Below are positions 27,367 to 36,475 of a stretch of DNA of 64,000 nt, one piece after another (position 1 is the stretch's first letter; every line of letters begins with the position of its first letter). The DNA comes from Patescibacteria group bacterium. Lineage in GTDB: Bacteria > Patescibacteriota > Minisyncoccia > Minisyncoccales > CAZWNE01. The translations under genes and the position numbers were made by a program. The notes beneath the pieces are model-generated. The model saw only the letters and a program-made list of their open reading frames with translations, did not search any database and was not told where the DNA came from. The DNA lies in contig JBBTTI010000003.1 of the NCBI GenBank assembly GCA_038078735.1, positions 8,538 through 72,537 on the forward strand. Direction: 5' to 3'.

Positions 27367-27502
27367 CGTGCCATTTCATACCCTTATGTATCCTTTATAC
27401 CCCACCTCAAGCCACATCGTCAACAAAATTCCCCACTTCTAAAAATAAGGCTAAAATCAAGATTTATGCACACCTTTTCCCCACCACACATAAATAAAAC
27501 AT

Positions 27503-27585
27503 CAGAGGGGTGTCCTCCGCTGTTTTCTGTGGTTGGCTTAGCCAACCACAACTACTGCTTAATCTGGAAGGTTTCAGGGTTAATT
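27503..27585. repeat. ~83-bp direct repeat (left copy) duplicating the 3' end of the clpB-like gene; boundary of island 2
   Basis: cagagg..tcctccgctgttttctgtggttggcttagccaaccacaactactgcttaatctggaaggtttc is about 93% identical to 29175..29259. This left copy has in-frame stops. Confidence 0.8.
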
Positions 27586-27597
27586 TTTATTCGAAAT

Positions 27598-27618
27598 GAT
27601 AGACGTTCAACGTCTATC
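27598..27618. repeat. REP-like palindrome, GATAGACGTT-c-AACGTCTATC variant
   Basis: Perfect 10-1-10. Sister copy at 35690..35710. Confidence 0.7.
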
Positions 27619-27662
27619 ATTCGTCTATTACTATGTTTATCACTATTTTAATAATAAAAAGG

Positions 27663-27697
27663 CGGCGAGATTTAAAACCTCGCCGCTTTGCGATTAT
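27663..27697 (-). terminator. rho-independent terminator of the island gene
   Basis: AGCGGCGAG..CTCGCCGC hairpin followed by a T-run on the minus strand. Confidence 0.5.
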
Positions 27698-27702
27698 TGA
27701 TA

Positions 27703-28782
27703 TTAACTCAGCTCTCCGATTGCTACGCCACGAAACTGCTTACGCTTTTGAAGACTTTGCTCTTCAAGAATTTTGCGGTTTGCCGGTGTAATGGTAGCAA
27801 TAATATCGCCGATCGAATCGGATTTGCCTTGCGACATTTTGTAGAGATTCGCTATTCCCGCGAGCGTCATCTCCCGACCATCTTTGGCAAAATGGTTAGC
27901 AACCCAAGCGATCATTCTTGCATCCTCACCGACATAAGCGATGTCGGAAAGCGCGAAAACTCGGCCCTTGCCATTAAACATCATTGTCAGACCCTCGCCC
28001 TTGAGCCACTCCACGACCTGAACATCAGTCTGGCTGTCCCCGACATACATCACCCTCCTTTTTGGAATGCCGAATCTTTGACAAACCGTTTCCATTACCT
28101 CCCGCTTCTGGGTTTGGCCAACAGGATGAACCGTCCTTAGTAATCGGCCGACAGGCATATTGTAAACCTTGTCCCAAATAAATCTGGTGAATTCGTCGTA
28201 GTCGGCTTGATGTTCAGGAACGATATCCCCTGTTTCTTTGTAGTAATCAACAACTGGTTTTCTAGCGATTGATACCATGAAGCCCAGGAGTTGCGCTGTT
28301 TCTGTCGCACTGATAGGAATCTCATCAAACCCCGTAACTCTAGTACAGTTGGTCTGACTGAAATTGAATCCCACCTTGTGACAATACGCCCTGACAAACC
28401 ACTCGTAGCTGGTGGAAATCATCCAGACATTGCAGCCGCGACGAAGATCGGTCAAGGCCTCTTTGACAAAAGGCACCACTCGGAGACTCTTACTGGAAAA
28501 ATCTTGTAACCATCGAGAGTCAGCTCCCATCGCCTTGAAGAACGGCAGAACAACTTTCAAGGTATGACCGGAAGAATAGTTTGGGTCTTGGGGAATTAAA
28601 TGACAGTCGCCCCATACGTCATCAATCCCACTAAACCTCGCGTAGGCGCGCTCCCCGATTTCTTTACCTAAGCCGGACTTTTCAGCCAATGCCACCATAA
28701 TCTGTTGAGCATTGTCATTAATGACTTGCGGCCCTTCCAAATCCAGGATAACCCAAATTCCATTTATTTTTACCCACCTCAT
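27703..28782 (-). CDS. hypothetical HAD-like hydrolase-fold protein (atypical motif I) on a GC-rich island
   Basis: 359 aa at about 48% GC. N-terminal WVILDLEGP has DxE in place of DxDG. C-terminal VMYVGDSQTDVQ resembles HAD motif IV. Family assignment is tentative. Confidence 0.4.
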   Translation of the reverse strand: MRWVKINGIWVILDLEGPQVINDNAQQIMVALAEKSGLGKEIGERAYARFSGIDDVWGDCHLIPQDPNYSSGHTLKVVLPFFKAMGADSRWLQDFSSKSLRVVPFVKEALTDLRRGCNVWMISTSYEWFVRAYCHKVGFNFSQTNCTRVTGFDEIPISATETAQLLGFMVSIARKPVVDYYKETGDIVPEHQADYDEFTRFIWDKVYNMPVGRLLRTVHPVGQTQKREVMETVCQRFGIPKRRVMYVGDSQTDVQVVEWLKGEGLTMMFNGKGRVFALSDIAYVGEDARMIAWVANHFAKDGREMTLAGIANLYKMSQGKSDSIGDIIATITPANRKILEEQSLQKRKQFRGVAIGELS

Positions 28783-28789
28783 TTCTCTT

Positions 28790-29099
28790 AACTCCTTTCA
28801 AATTTTTTCCACTGCGGCGTTGATTTCCGCAGTCAGATCGTAGCCGTCTACCAAAAGCGTTCTCCTTTCGGCCAACATTTTTCCGGTTTAAATCGGAGCG
28901 AAGAAAAAGTTACCAAAGGTATTCCGGCCGTTTGGATATTACGAATCATCAAATCGCCGAAACGAGTTTCGCTTTGGTCGCGACTGACAAAGGCAAAACT
29001 TAATTGGAAGTTTTTGGAAATCTCATTAACTAACTCCCAAGCAACCTGGTCCCAAGCTGAAGTAAATACCCCTATTCTAAACATTAAACACCTCCTCAA
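28790..29099 (-). pseudogene. frameshifted formyltransferase-N-terminal-like fragment
   Basis: ORF 28848..29099 (MFRIGVFTSAWDQV...GIPLVTF) stops and the reading continues in another frame (..LLVDGYDLTAEINAAVEKI) up to the next gene's SD. Weak resemblance to PurN/Fmt N-terminal domains. Confidence 0.3.
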
Positions 29100-29174
29100 T
29101 TTTTATTCAGTTTCAAAAGGACTTCTGTCCTCCTTTATGTTTAGATTAACCATAAATCAATAAAAGTCAAACAG

Positions 29175-29259
29175 CAGAGGTCTGTCCTCCGCTGTTTTCT
29201 GTGGTTGGCTAAGCCAACCACAACTACTGCTTAATCTGGAAGGTTTCGGGGTCGATTTC
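29175..29259. repeat. ~83-bp direct repeat (right copy), overlapping the intact clpB-like 3' end and stop
   Basis: See 27503..27585. Includes the GTGGTTGGCTaAGCCAACCAC hairpin. Confidence 0.8.
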
Positions 29260-31761
29260 TACTTTACTGCCGCGCTTTATTTGATCAGAGAGAATGGCTG
29301 TGGCTAGGACATTGCCGATTTTGTCTTGGATAACTCTTTGCATCTGCCTGGCGCCAAAAGTCGGATCATATCCTAATTCCACAATCTTTGCTTTCAACTC
29401 GGGAGTTATAACAAATTCAATTTCCTTTTCCGCTAAATTCTTTTTCAGCTTCTTTAACAGAAGTTCGGCTACGCCTAAAAGATTATTTTTTGATAATGGA
29501 CCAAAGACAACCACTGAATCAAACCTGTTAATAAATTCCGGTCTAAAGATCGCTTTCTCAAAAACAAAATCCAAAAGCTTTGCCTTGACTTGGTCCCAAA
29601 CAGTATTTTCTTTTAACGCTTCGAGAATTATCTGATATCCGGCGTTTGACGTGGCAATAATAATTGAGTTTTTAAAATCAGTTTTCCTGCCCAAACCATC
29701 AGTCAACTGGCCCTCATCCAACACTTGCAAAAATAAATTTAAGATATTGGGATGAGCTTTTTCAATTTCATCTAAAAGTATTAAAGAGAAAGGCGCTTCT
29801 CTAATTTTAGTGGTTAACAACCCCTCTTGGCCGGGAGAACCGATTAAACGGGGAATATCGGCAATGTCTTGGAATTCCGACATATCCAGCCGAATCATTT
29901 TATTTTCCGAACCAAAATAAATTGTGGCCAAGGCCTTAGCTGTTTCAGTTTTGCCAACGCCGGTCGGTCCTAAAAATAAGAACGAACCGATCGTGCCTTT
30001 TCTGATACTGACTTCGGCTCTCGCCCTTCTTAGAGCCGAAGAAACCTCCCTAACAGCCTCTTCTTGATTAATAATCCTCTGATGAATTAAATTTTCCAAA
30101 TTTAAAAGGACTTCTTTTTCTTTTGTTTCTATTTCGCCAACCGGAATCTGGGTTTTTTCTGAAACAATTTTAAAGACATCTTCCGGCAAAAGTATTCTGG
30201 CTTTTTTCTGAGAGGCATAGACTATTATTTCATCCAATAATTTTATTACTTTTTCAGGATTAGTCTGCGAGGGCAAATATTTATCGGAAAGCCGGACGAT
30301 TTCCCGCAAGCTGGAATAAGAAATAAAAATCCTGTATCTTCTTTCCAAAATTAAAGATAAATTCTCTAAAAGCAATAATGTCTCCCGCTCTGAAATTTCC
30401 GCCACTTCAACCTTTTCAAAAAGATCTAAAATAGAAGAATTCTGCTCAATATTTCTGTGAAGGCCCTCAAAAGTGGTGATGGCTATTACCGGGAAATTTG
30501 GCAAAGCCAAGTAGGGCAAAATCACCCCGGAAATATTTAAAAAATTATGAAACTCGTCAATGACTAAAATAATATTTCCGGCAGTCGCTACTTCATTAAA
30601 AATAGCGTTTAAAAGGCTCTCCGGAGCTCCCTGATTGGTCAGACTTGCCAAATCAAGTTGCACTACTCTTTTATAATTAACTTCTTTTAAGCTCTCGCCC
30701 AAAACACTTCTTTTGGCTATAGCCTGAATTATGCTTTTTCTGCCGGACCCCGACTCTCCCACCATCAAAACGTTATTTTTTTCTCTGCGGGATAAAATTC
30801 TTTCTATCGCTTGAATTTCTTTTTGATGGCCGATAGTTTCCGGAAAGCCCTGCCTTTTGACCATATCTGACAAATCAAGAGAAAATTTATCCAAATTTAA
30901 AGTGTATCCGGCTGTCCAGTTTTTTGCCAGAGAGCCCTGTTTTATTAAATTTTTCCATTCCCAGAATTTTTTTCTCTCTTCAATATCTTCTTTCAGCGAC
31001 TGAAGCCACCAATTTAAATTTTTAATATCCTGATTCTTTAAATTAACGGCAACCAAGTACTTTTTGAAAGTAATATCAATTTCGCTGAAGGCCGATATTA
31101 AGTCCCCTACGCCGATTCTTTCTCCTCCTCGGTCTTTAGCGGCCTGAAAAGCAAGTAAAATAACTTTCTGGAAATCAAGGGAAAAAATTTCTTCCCCTGA
31201 ACGAGCTGAAGGGTCTCCCCGGAGCTTATCTAAACAAATTTTCAAGTCTTTTTTTATCCCCTTTAAATATAAAAGGGCCCGGGTAAATATAAAATTAATC
31301 TCCTTGCCGTCTTTAAGCGCAAAATAAAGCAGGGCCTCGGAAGAAATTTCGGCTAATTTTTTCTTGCGGGAAAATTTGATTGCTTCCCAACAAGCATTAG
31401 CCGCCCCAAGACTTAAAAATTCAGCTAAATTTACTCCTTCTTTATAATCTGGCAACCGAGGTTTTTTTAACTCCGACGCGCTTCCTAGCGGTCGGAGCTC
31501 CGATACTGATGGTCGTCGGAGTTTAGTTTTGAAAAAAATTTCCAAAAGCCAAAAAGTAATTGCCGAGGATAGAGTGATTAAGGAAAGCGCCAAAAATCTT
31601 TCCGGGAAGGAACGATAAAAAAGGGCCACCAAGAAAAAGAAAAATAAAGCAAAAAATAACCTTCTGATTAATTTGGCAAATCTGAAAACCGGAGTTTTTC
31701 CCCATTTTACCGCCGTAAATATTTTTGCTTTTTTTAAATTAAAATAGAATTGAGAATCCAT
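29224..31761 (-). CDS. ClpA/ClpB/ClpC-like double AAA+ ATPase with N-terminal TM segments and non-canonical D1 Walker A
   Basis: Clp N-domain repeats. D1 has GESGSGRKS in place of GEPGVGKT, with Walker B DEFH. D2 is canonical (GPTGVGKTE, sensor 2 GAR). The hydrophobic N-terminus is FFALFFFFLVALF. Confidence 0.75.
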   Translation of the reverse strand: MDSQFYFNLKKAKIFTAVKWGKTPVFRFAKLIRRLFFALFFFFLVALFYRSFPERFLALSLITLSSAITFWLLEIFFKTKLRRPSVSELRPLGSASELKKPRLPDYKEGVNLAEFLSLGAANACWEAIKFSRKKKLAEISSEALLYFALKDGKEINFIFTRALLYLKGIKKDLKICLDKLRGDPSARSGEEIFSLDFQKVILLAFQAAKDRGGERIGVGDLISAFSEIDITFKKYLVAVNLKNQDIKNLNWWLQSLKEDIEERKKFWEWKNLIKQGSLAKNWTAGYTLNLDKFSLDLSDMVKRQGFPETIGHQKEIQAIERILSRREKNNVLMVGESGSGRKSIIQAIAKRSVLGESLKEVNYKRVVQLDLASLTNQGAPESLLNAIFNEVATAGNIILVIDEFHNFLNISGVILPYLALPNFPVIAITTFEGLHRNIEQNSSILDLFEKVEVAEISERETLLLLENLSLILERRYRIFISYSSLREIVRLSDKYLPSQTNPEKVIKLLDEIIVYASQKKARILLPEDVFKIVSEKTQIPVGEIETKEKEVLLNLENLIHQRIINQEEAVREVSSALRRARAEVSIRKGTIGSFLFLGPTGVGKTETAKALATIYFGSENKMIRLDMSEFQDIADIPRLIGSPGQEGLLTTKIREAPFSLILLDEIEKAHPNILNLFLQVLDEGQLTDGLGRKTDFKNSIIIATSNAGYQIILEALKENTVWDQVKAKLLDFVFEKAIFRPEFINRFDSVVVFGPLSKNNLLGVAELLLKKLKKNLAEKEIEFVITPELKAKIVELGYDPTFGARQMQRVIQDKIGNVLATAILSDQIKRGSKVEIDPETFQIKQ

Positions 31762-32128
31762 AATAAAAACCGCTGATTAAAAGAAAAGGCAGGGCTAACC
31801 AAGCCAAAAAAATGATTAAACCGGCGGATAATATAAAAACTTCAAATAAAATGCCGGAAATTATTAAAAATACTCTGACGATCGCTCCTAAGATCCGAGA
31901 AATTAAATTAGAGAAAAAAACCTCGAGATATCTTTTGATGTCAAAACCCCTGCCGTAAGACCAGCTGTATCTCCGCCAAGGAGAAAATAGGGTTTTTAAT
32001 AAAAGAGGCAAAGAAAAATAATTAAGTCCGAATTTTAAAAAATTCTTCCATCCGGCTAAAACATTTTTGGGTGACTCCAAAAATTGCCAAACAATATACT
32101 GAAAGATAATATTTTGAGCCATTATCAA
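31739..32128 (-). CDS. small membrane protein, co-operonic with the clpB-like gene
   Basis: 129 aa with 3 TM helices. Overlaps the downstream gene start. Confidence 0.45.
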   Translation of the reverse strand: MIMAQNIIFQYIVWQFLESPKNVLAGWKNFLKFGLNYFSLPLLLKTLFSPWRRYSWSYGRGFDIKRYLEVFFSNLISRILGAIVRVFLIISGILFEVFILSAGLIIFLAWLALPFLLISGFYYGFSILF

Positions 32129-32134
32129 ATTATA

Positions 32135-32458
32135 CTACTCCCTTAAGATACTGTCTAACTCGTCAAGGATATCTTGGGGCACTGGTATGGACTTGCCGAT
32201 TGGACTTCTGGCCGGATACCGCCAAGTACTAATAATTTTTATTTTTGATATTTGATTTTTAATTTTAGTTATCACATACATCAACCATATCTCGGTTGGA
32301 TGTTTCTTGGTGCCGGTAATTTGCATTGCGGCCAAAGTGTCAGGCGCTATCCCCTCTTCTTTTCTGTCGGGCCGACGCAAAACTCGCAGAACCCTTTGTT
32401 CGGAAAGCCGATACTGCCGCATTTTAATTTTTGAATGTTGAGTCCAACTTAATAACAT
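32135..32458 (-). CDS. hypothetical protein (possible small toxin-like fold)
   Basis: About 95-107 aa ending ...KIKIISTWRYP. Weak resemblance to DUF4258-type proteins. Overlaps the prmC 3' end. Confidence 0.35.
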   Translation of the reverse strand: MLLSWTQHSKIKMRQYRLSEQRVLRVLRRPDRKEEGIAPDTLAAMQITGTKKHPTEIWLMYVITKIKNQISKIKIISTWRYPARSPIGKSIPVPQDILDELDSILRE

Positions 32459-33063
32459 TTGAGATAACGATATTTTTTAAATTGGTCTTTAAAAAATTGA
32501 TATTTTTTATAACCGAATTTTTCCAGCATTTTTTTGATATCTTCTTTTTGCAATGGATCGAATTCCATAAAGATCATATTACTTTTGTCTTTAGCTTCTC
32601 TCAAAAATATCTTAATAATATCTAATCCTTTTTCTCCGGAAAAAAGAGCGATGTGCGGTTCTTTTTCCAAAACCGAAAGTTGGACTTCATTGATGCGTTC
32701 CGTTGCTATATAAGGCGGGTTGGCAAAGATGACATCGTATTTTTTCCTTCTGATTTTTTCAAACAAATCTGATTTATAAATTTTATATCTTTTTGGAGAT
32801 ATTCTATTAAGCTTTAAATTAATTTTAATCTGCTTAATCGCGCCTTCATATATATCAACGAAGTCTACTCGACTATTTTTAATATTTTTCAAAACAGCAA
32901 CCCCAATGCATCCCGAACCGGCAAATATATCTAACGCTTTTAGAGGCTTAGCTTCCTTTTGGAAGCTAAGCCTCTTCAGAGCTTTTTCTACCCAGAATTC
33001 AGTTTCAATACGAGGAATCAAAACTTTTTCCCTTAAATCAATTTGACAGTTTAAAAATTTCAT
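32449..33063 (-). CDS. prmC: release factor glutamine N5-methyltransferase PrmC/HemK-like
   Basis: SAM-binding DIFAGSGCIG and the NPPY motif (FANPPYI). An in-frame family-B-variant palindrome lies at 32942..32975. Confidence 0.8.
   Translation of the reverse strand: MKFLNCQIDLREKVLIPRIETEFWVEKALKRLSFQKEAKPLKALDIFAGSGCIGVAVLKNIKNSRVDFVDIYEGAIKQIKINLKLNRISPKRYKIYKSDLFEKIRRKKYDVIFANPPYIATERINEVQLSVLEKEPHIALFSGEKGLDIIKIFLREAKDKSNMIFMEFDPLQKEDIKKMLEKFGYKKYQFFKDQFKKYRYLKCY
32942..32975. repeat. family B variant palindrome (AGAGGCTTAGCTTCC tttt GGAAGCTAAGCCTCT) inside the prmC coding sequence
   Basis: Perfect 15-bp arms, read in-frame as ..KRLSFQKEAKPLKA.. Confidence 0.8.
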
Positions 33064-33071
33064 ATCCCAAA

Positions 33072-33106
33072 AGAAGCTTAGCTTCTCACTTAGAAGCTAA
33101 GCTTCT
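33072..33106. repeat. REP-like palindrome, family B, copy 3 (between the tgt stop and the prmC start)
   Basis: Identical to copies 1 and 2. Confidence 0.85.
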
Positions 33107-33109
33107 AAT

Positions 33110-34258
33110 TTAAAATTTGCCTTGCTTGATTTTATTTCTGATGCCTTCAATGTAAGTGTTGAAAAAATACAGGTTGTGGAAAGTCAGTAATTTTAAGGCA
33201 GTAATTTCTTTAGCCCGAATAAGATGAGAGACATAATTTCTTTTATAATTTTGGCAGACAAGGCAAAAGCACTTTTTGTCTAAAGGATTTTTATCCGTCA
33301 GAAATTTTGTCTTAGCCATATCCATTTTACCACCAGAAGTGAAAGCAATGCCATGCCTGGCGTAATGAGTCGGGATAATGCAATCAACCGTATCAATGCC
33401 ACTTTTAAAAATTTTTATTAAGTCGCCGATATGGCCATTACCCAATAAATGCCTTGGCTTTTCTTCCGGTAAAACTTCGGTAACCCAATTTAACATTTTG
33501 AACATTTCTTTCTTATCAAATCCTAATTCGCCGCCTATGCCAAAACCGTCAAAATCAAGCCCGCTTATAAATTTAGCGCTTTTAATTCTTAAATCTTTAA
33601 ACTTGCCCCCTTGCACAATGCCATATAATGCTTGTTTTGCTTGCCCTGAGCTTGTCGAATGGGATTCAAGACAAATTTTCGCCCAAGAATGAGTCCTCTC
33701 TATTGATCTTTTCGTATACTCGTAATCGGCAATTGGCGGCGGACATTCATCAAAATTAAAAATTATGTCAGCCCCTAACTGCTCTTGTATTTTAATAGAC
33801 TCTTTCGGCCCTAAAAATAATTCACTGCCGTTGATCGGCGATTGGAAAAATACGCCATCTCTGGTAATTTTTAAGGATTTCGGCTGCCTGCCGGATTTAA
33901 TAGATAAAGATTCTTCTTTATTCAACATCTTTCCCATTTTAAAGTCCTTGCCAAAGCCCAGAGAAAAAACTTGATATCCTCCGGAATCGGTCATCAAGGG
34001 CTTTTGCCAATTCATAAATTTATGAAGACCGCCGGCTGATTTCACAATTTTTTCTCCCGGCTTTAAATGTAAATGAAAAGTATTACAAATTAAAATTTGG
34101 CTTTTAGTTTGTTCAACCTCTTCTGAAGTCAAGGTTTTTATAACCGCTTGAGTAGCCACCGGCACCAAACACGGCGTTTCCACCACGCCGTGAGATGTTT
34201 TCAAAATACCTAACCTCGCCCGAGATATTTTAGATTTTTTTAGAATCTTAAAATCCAT
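33110..34258 (-). CDS. tgt: queuine tRNA-ribosyltransferase
   Basis: TGT catalytic region (DSGGYQV, LHLKPGE) and C-terminal zinc site (CFCLVC...H). Confidence 0.9.
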   Translation of the reverse strand: MDFKILKKSKISRARLGILKTSHGVVETPCLVPVATQAVIKTLTSEEVEQTKSQILICNTFHLHLKPGEKIVKSAGGLHKFMNWQKPLMTDSGGYQVFSLGFGKDFKMGKMLNKEESLSIKSGRQPKSLKITRDGVFFQSPINGSELFLGPKESIKIQEQLGADIIFNFDECPPPIADYEYTKRSIERTHSWAKICLESHSTSSGQAKQALYGIVQGGKFKDLRIKSAKFISGLDFDGFGIGGELGFDKKEMFKMLNWVTEVLPEEKPRHLLGNGHIGDLIKIFKSGIDTVDCIIPTHYARHGIAFTSGGKMDMAKTKFLTDKNPLDKKCFCLVCQNYKRNYVSHLIRAKEITALKLLTFHNLYFFNTYIEGIRNKIKQGKF

Positions 34259-34295
34259 TTTATTATCTTATCATAAAACCGAGCCCCGTAAACGT

Positions 34296-34330
34296 GAAAA
34301 GGAGGTGTCGTAGAATTGACACCTCCTTTT
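34296..34330. terminator. perfect 12-bp hairpin (AAAGGAGGTGTC..GACACCTCCTTT) + T-run
   Basis: Lies between the tgt start and the island ORF. Confidence 0.5.
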
Positions 34331-34405
34331 TATTCTTTCGAATTTACCTTAGACCGCTAGCGCGATCTGGGCCGACAAGGCGCCGGCTCTGCCCGGGATT
34401 TCGGG

Positions 34406-35281
34406 CTAAAATTGGTCGTCCGATCCGTCCGCGAAATCATCGTCCGATGTGCGGACTGGGCAAATTGCCGCCTCCAAACTCTGGCGAATTTGGGCGAACC
34501 GCCGGGACTTAGAAATCCCTTTGGTCGCCGCAAGGTCGGCGACGGCCTTCTGGACAGCCAGTTTTAGGATGGCGAGGTCCAGTTTGGACTGAACTACTAT
34601 GGTCTCCGCCATCGCCCTAGCGATCTCCTCCTTGGTCTGCTGTTCTCGCCTTACCTCGGCGAGTTCGGCGGACTTAGAAGAGATTTGCACTTGGAGTTGG
34701 GAAATTTCCGCCCTTAGACCTGAAACGGTTTTCTTTTCCGTCTCAAGGTCGTAATGGAGGCGATTTATTTCCTCTCTTTCCATCGACCGCTCAATTTTAG
34801 TAGTAATCTCCCTACTGTAATCGAACGACTTACCGGTGACCTCTGTAAACCCTCTCCGAAAAAATTCGGCTGCTTGAGCAACTATGACTTCGACTTTCTC
34901 CGAAGCCTTCCCCCACCCCCCTCCAAAGGAAGTGAGAAAACCCTCTACATCATCGAGTACATCCCCATGAGGGGATGTACCACTGGCCCAGCTAGGACTC
35001 TTAATTACTATTTCGACTTTACCATCCCGGCCGGGTCCATTTACCAATTCTCCGGGGCGATAAAAGTCTAGGTAACCCCACAATAGTTTCCCCTCTAAAG
35101 CAATTTTGGCGGCCACGAATAATCCGTGGTCATCATTATGCGTTGGCAACACCCGCAACCTCCGCAACTCAACCCTATCCACCTCCTCCATCCCCGCTAC
35201 CACTGCAGCCACTTCCTCTCCTACTTTGCCAGCGAAAGTCTTTATTTCTTCCACTCTATTATTAATCATCTGGGTTTTCAT
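34406..35281 (-). CDS. hypothetical coiled-coil protein on a GC-rich island
   Basis: 291 aa at about 52% GC against ~35% background. Central coiled coil and an acidic C-terminus. No family recognised. Confidence 0.5.
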   Translation of the reverse strand: MKTQMINNRVEEIKTFAGKVGEEVAAVVAGMEEVDRVELRRLRVLPTHNDDHGLFVAAKIALEGKLLWGYLDFYRPGELVNGPGRDGKVEIVIKSPSWASGTSPHGDVLDDVEGFLTSFGGGWGKASEKVEVIVAQAAEFFRRGFTEVTGKSFDYSREITTKIERSMEREEINRLHYDLETEKKTVSGLRAEISQLQVQISSKSAELAEVRREQQTKEEIARAMAETIVVQSKLDLAILKLAVQKAVADLAATKGISKSRRFAQIRQSLEAAICPVRTSDDDFADGSDDQF

Positions 35282-35689
35282 TTTTTTCGTCCTTTTTCTT
35301 TTCTTTTTCCGCCTTCATTTCTGCAACTCCTTGTCCTGTTTTTTCTTGGCCTCCTTGCCAGAAAAACTCATCAAGTCGTTCAGAAAGCCGATCGGAAATA
35401 TTGCTGCGAAGCAGCAATAAAATGACTAATTAATAATCAGCTTATTGCTACTTCGCAACTCCTTATTAAATTTTTAAAGAAGCTGGTTTCAATGCCTAAA
35501 TTATATCATACTACTCCAACTTTGTCAAGTTTTTGTACTGGTTCACATAATATGATACACCCAGCACTTGAAAAATATGAAAGGCAGGTACAATGGTTGC
35601 CGTATGACAATCTACGGCACAATTCTGCCCGGAGCAGCCGCTATTGCCCGTTCGGCGTTCCTGACAGATAAATTAACGGAGCGTGAGAT

Positions 35690-35710
35690 GATAGACGTTG
35701 AACGTCTATC
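35690..35710. repeat. REP-like palindrome GATAGACGTT-g-AACGTCTATC
   Basis: Perfect 10-1-10, followed by CATTAC as at 27619. Confidence 0.7.
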
Positions 35711-35748
35711 ATTACATTTCTCTCAAAAAAAAGGCACGGTGGAGAAAT

Positions 35749-36009
35749 TCAAGGCCGTGCCCGAGAGATAAGCTCTCCTTGTTGAGGAAGCGATTGAGCA
35801 ATTTTAGCATCTTTCTGAGCTATAGTTATGGCAGTTGCCATTGCTTGCGCCCCTTCTTTTTGTATCAAGTGCACAAATTGTCCAGGCAGAATTTGACCCT
35901 TAATATCATAGCCGTCTTTCCTTACCCAAGGAGCTTCATTTAGAACGAGATAATAGAAGATAAAATGAGATTCCGGAATAGAAATTCTTTTCTGTTTTAT
36001 TCCTAACAA
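35749..36009 (-). CDS. hypothetical small protein (doubtful)
   Basis: 86-aa ORF in the GC-rich island with no family match. May be a gene remnant. Confidence 0.2.
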   Translation of the reverse strand: MLGIKQKRISIPESHFIFYYLVLNEAPWVRKDGYDIKGQILPGQFVHLIQKEGAQAMATAITIAQKDAKIAQSLPQQGELISRARP

Positions 36010-36101
36010 TCTATTGCCTCCTCCATATTTTATTCTAAATAAACTACTAATCTACTAATTAAACTATATTATATATCTCAAATTTAATCAACAATTAGAA
36101 A

Positions 36102-36122
36102 TGTTAGACGTCTGGCGTCTAA
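36102..36122. repeat. REP-like palindrome family A variant GTTAGACG-tctgg-CGTCTAAC
   Basis: Perfect 8-5-8. Identical core at 55651..55671. Confidence 0.8.
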
Positions 36123-36146
36123 CATTACATCGCACAACTTGCGAGA

Positions 36147-36467
36147 TTATTTAATTTCAAAACCATGAAATTCGCCATTATAATTTTCCCAAATGATTTC
36201 CATGTTTTCCACTTTGGCCAGAAAAGGGCCTCTTTTAGCCCATTTTATCATCTCTTCAATTTTATCTTTCTCCCCTTCAAAAATCGCTTCTACCCGGCCG
36301 TCGGCTAAATTAGCCACCTGGCCGGTTAAACCCAATTTTTGGGCCATTTTTTGCGTATTATGCCGATATAAAACACCTTGCACCCTGCCTAAAACAAAAA
36401 TATGAACCCTAATCCTTCGATCGGGATTAGTCCTGAACTTCGTTGAAGGACTTGCTTTTTCTGACAT
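36147..36467 (-). CDS. acyP: acylphosphatase
   Basis: VQGVLYR and GxVxNxxDGSVE-like motifs in a 106-aa protein. Confidence 0.8.
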   Translation of the reverse strand: MSEKASPSTKFRTNPDRRIRVHIFVLGRVQGVLYRHNTQKMAQKLGLTGQVANLADGRVEAIFEGEKDKIEEMIKWAKRGPFLAKVENMEIIWENYNGEFHGFEIK

Positions 36468-36475
36468 AAATTTGT

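Noticed and set aside
35568-35771. 67-aa plus-strand ORF in the 34.3-36.1 kb islet
   Set aside because: Overlaps a REP palindrome and another weak ORF. No SD. Probably non-coding or decayed.
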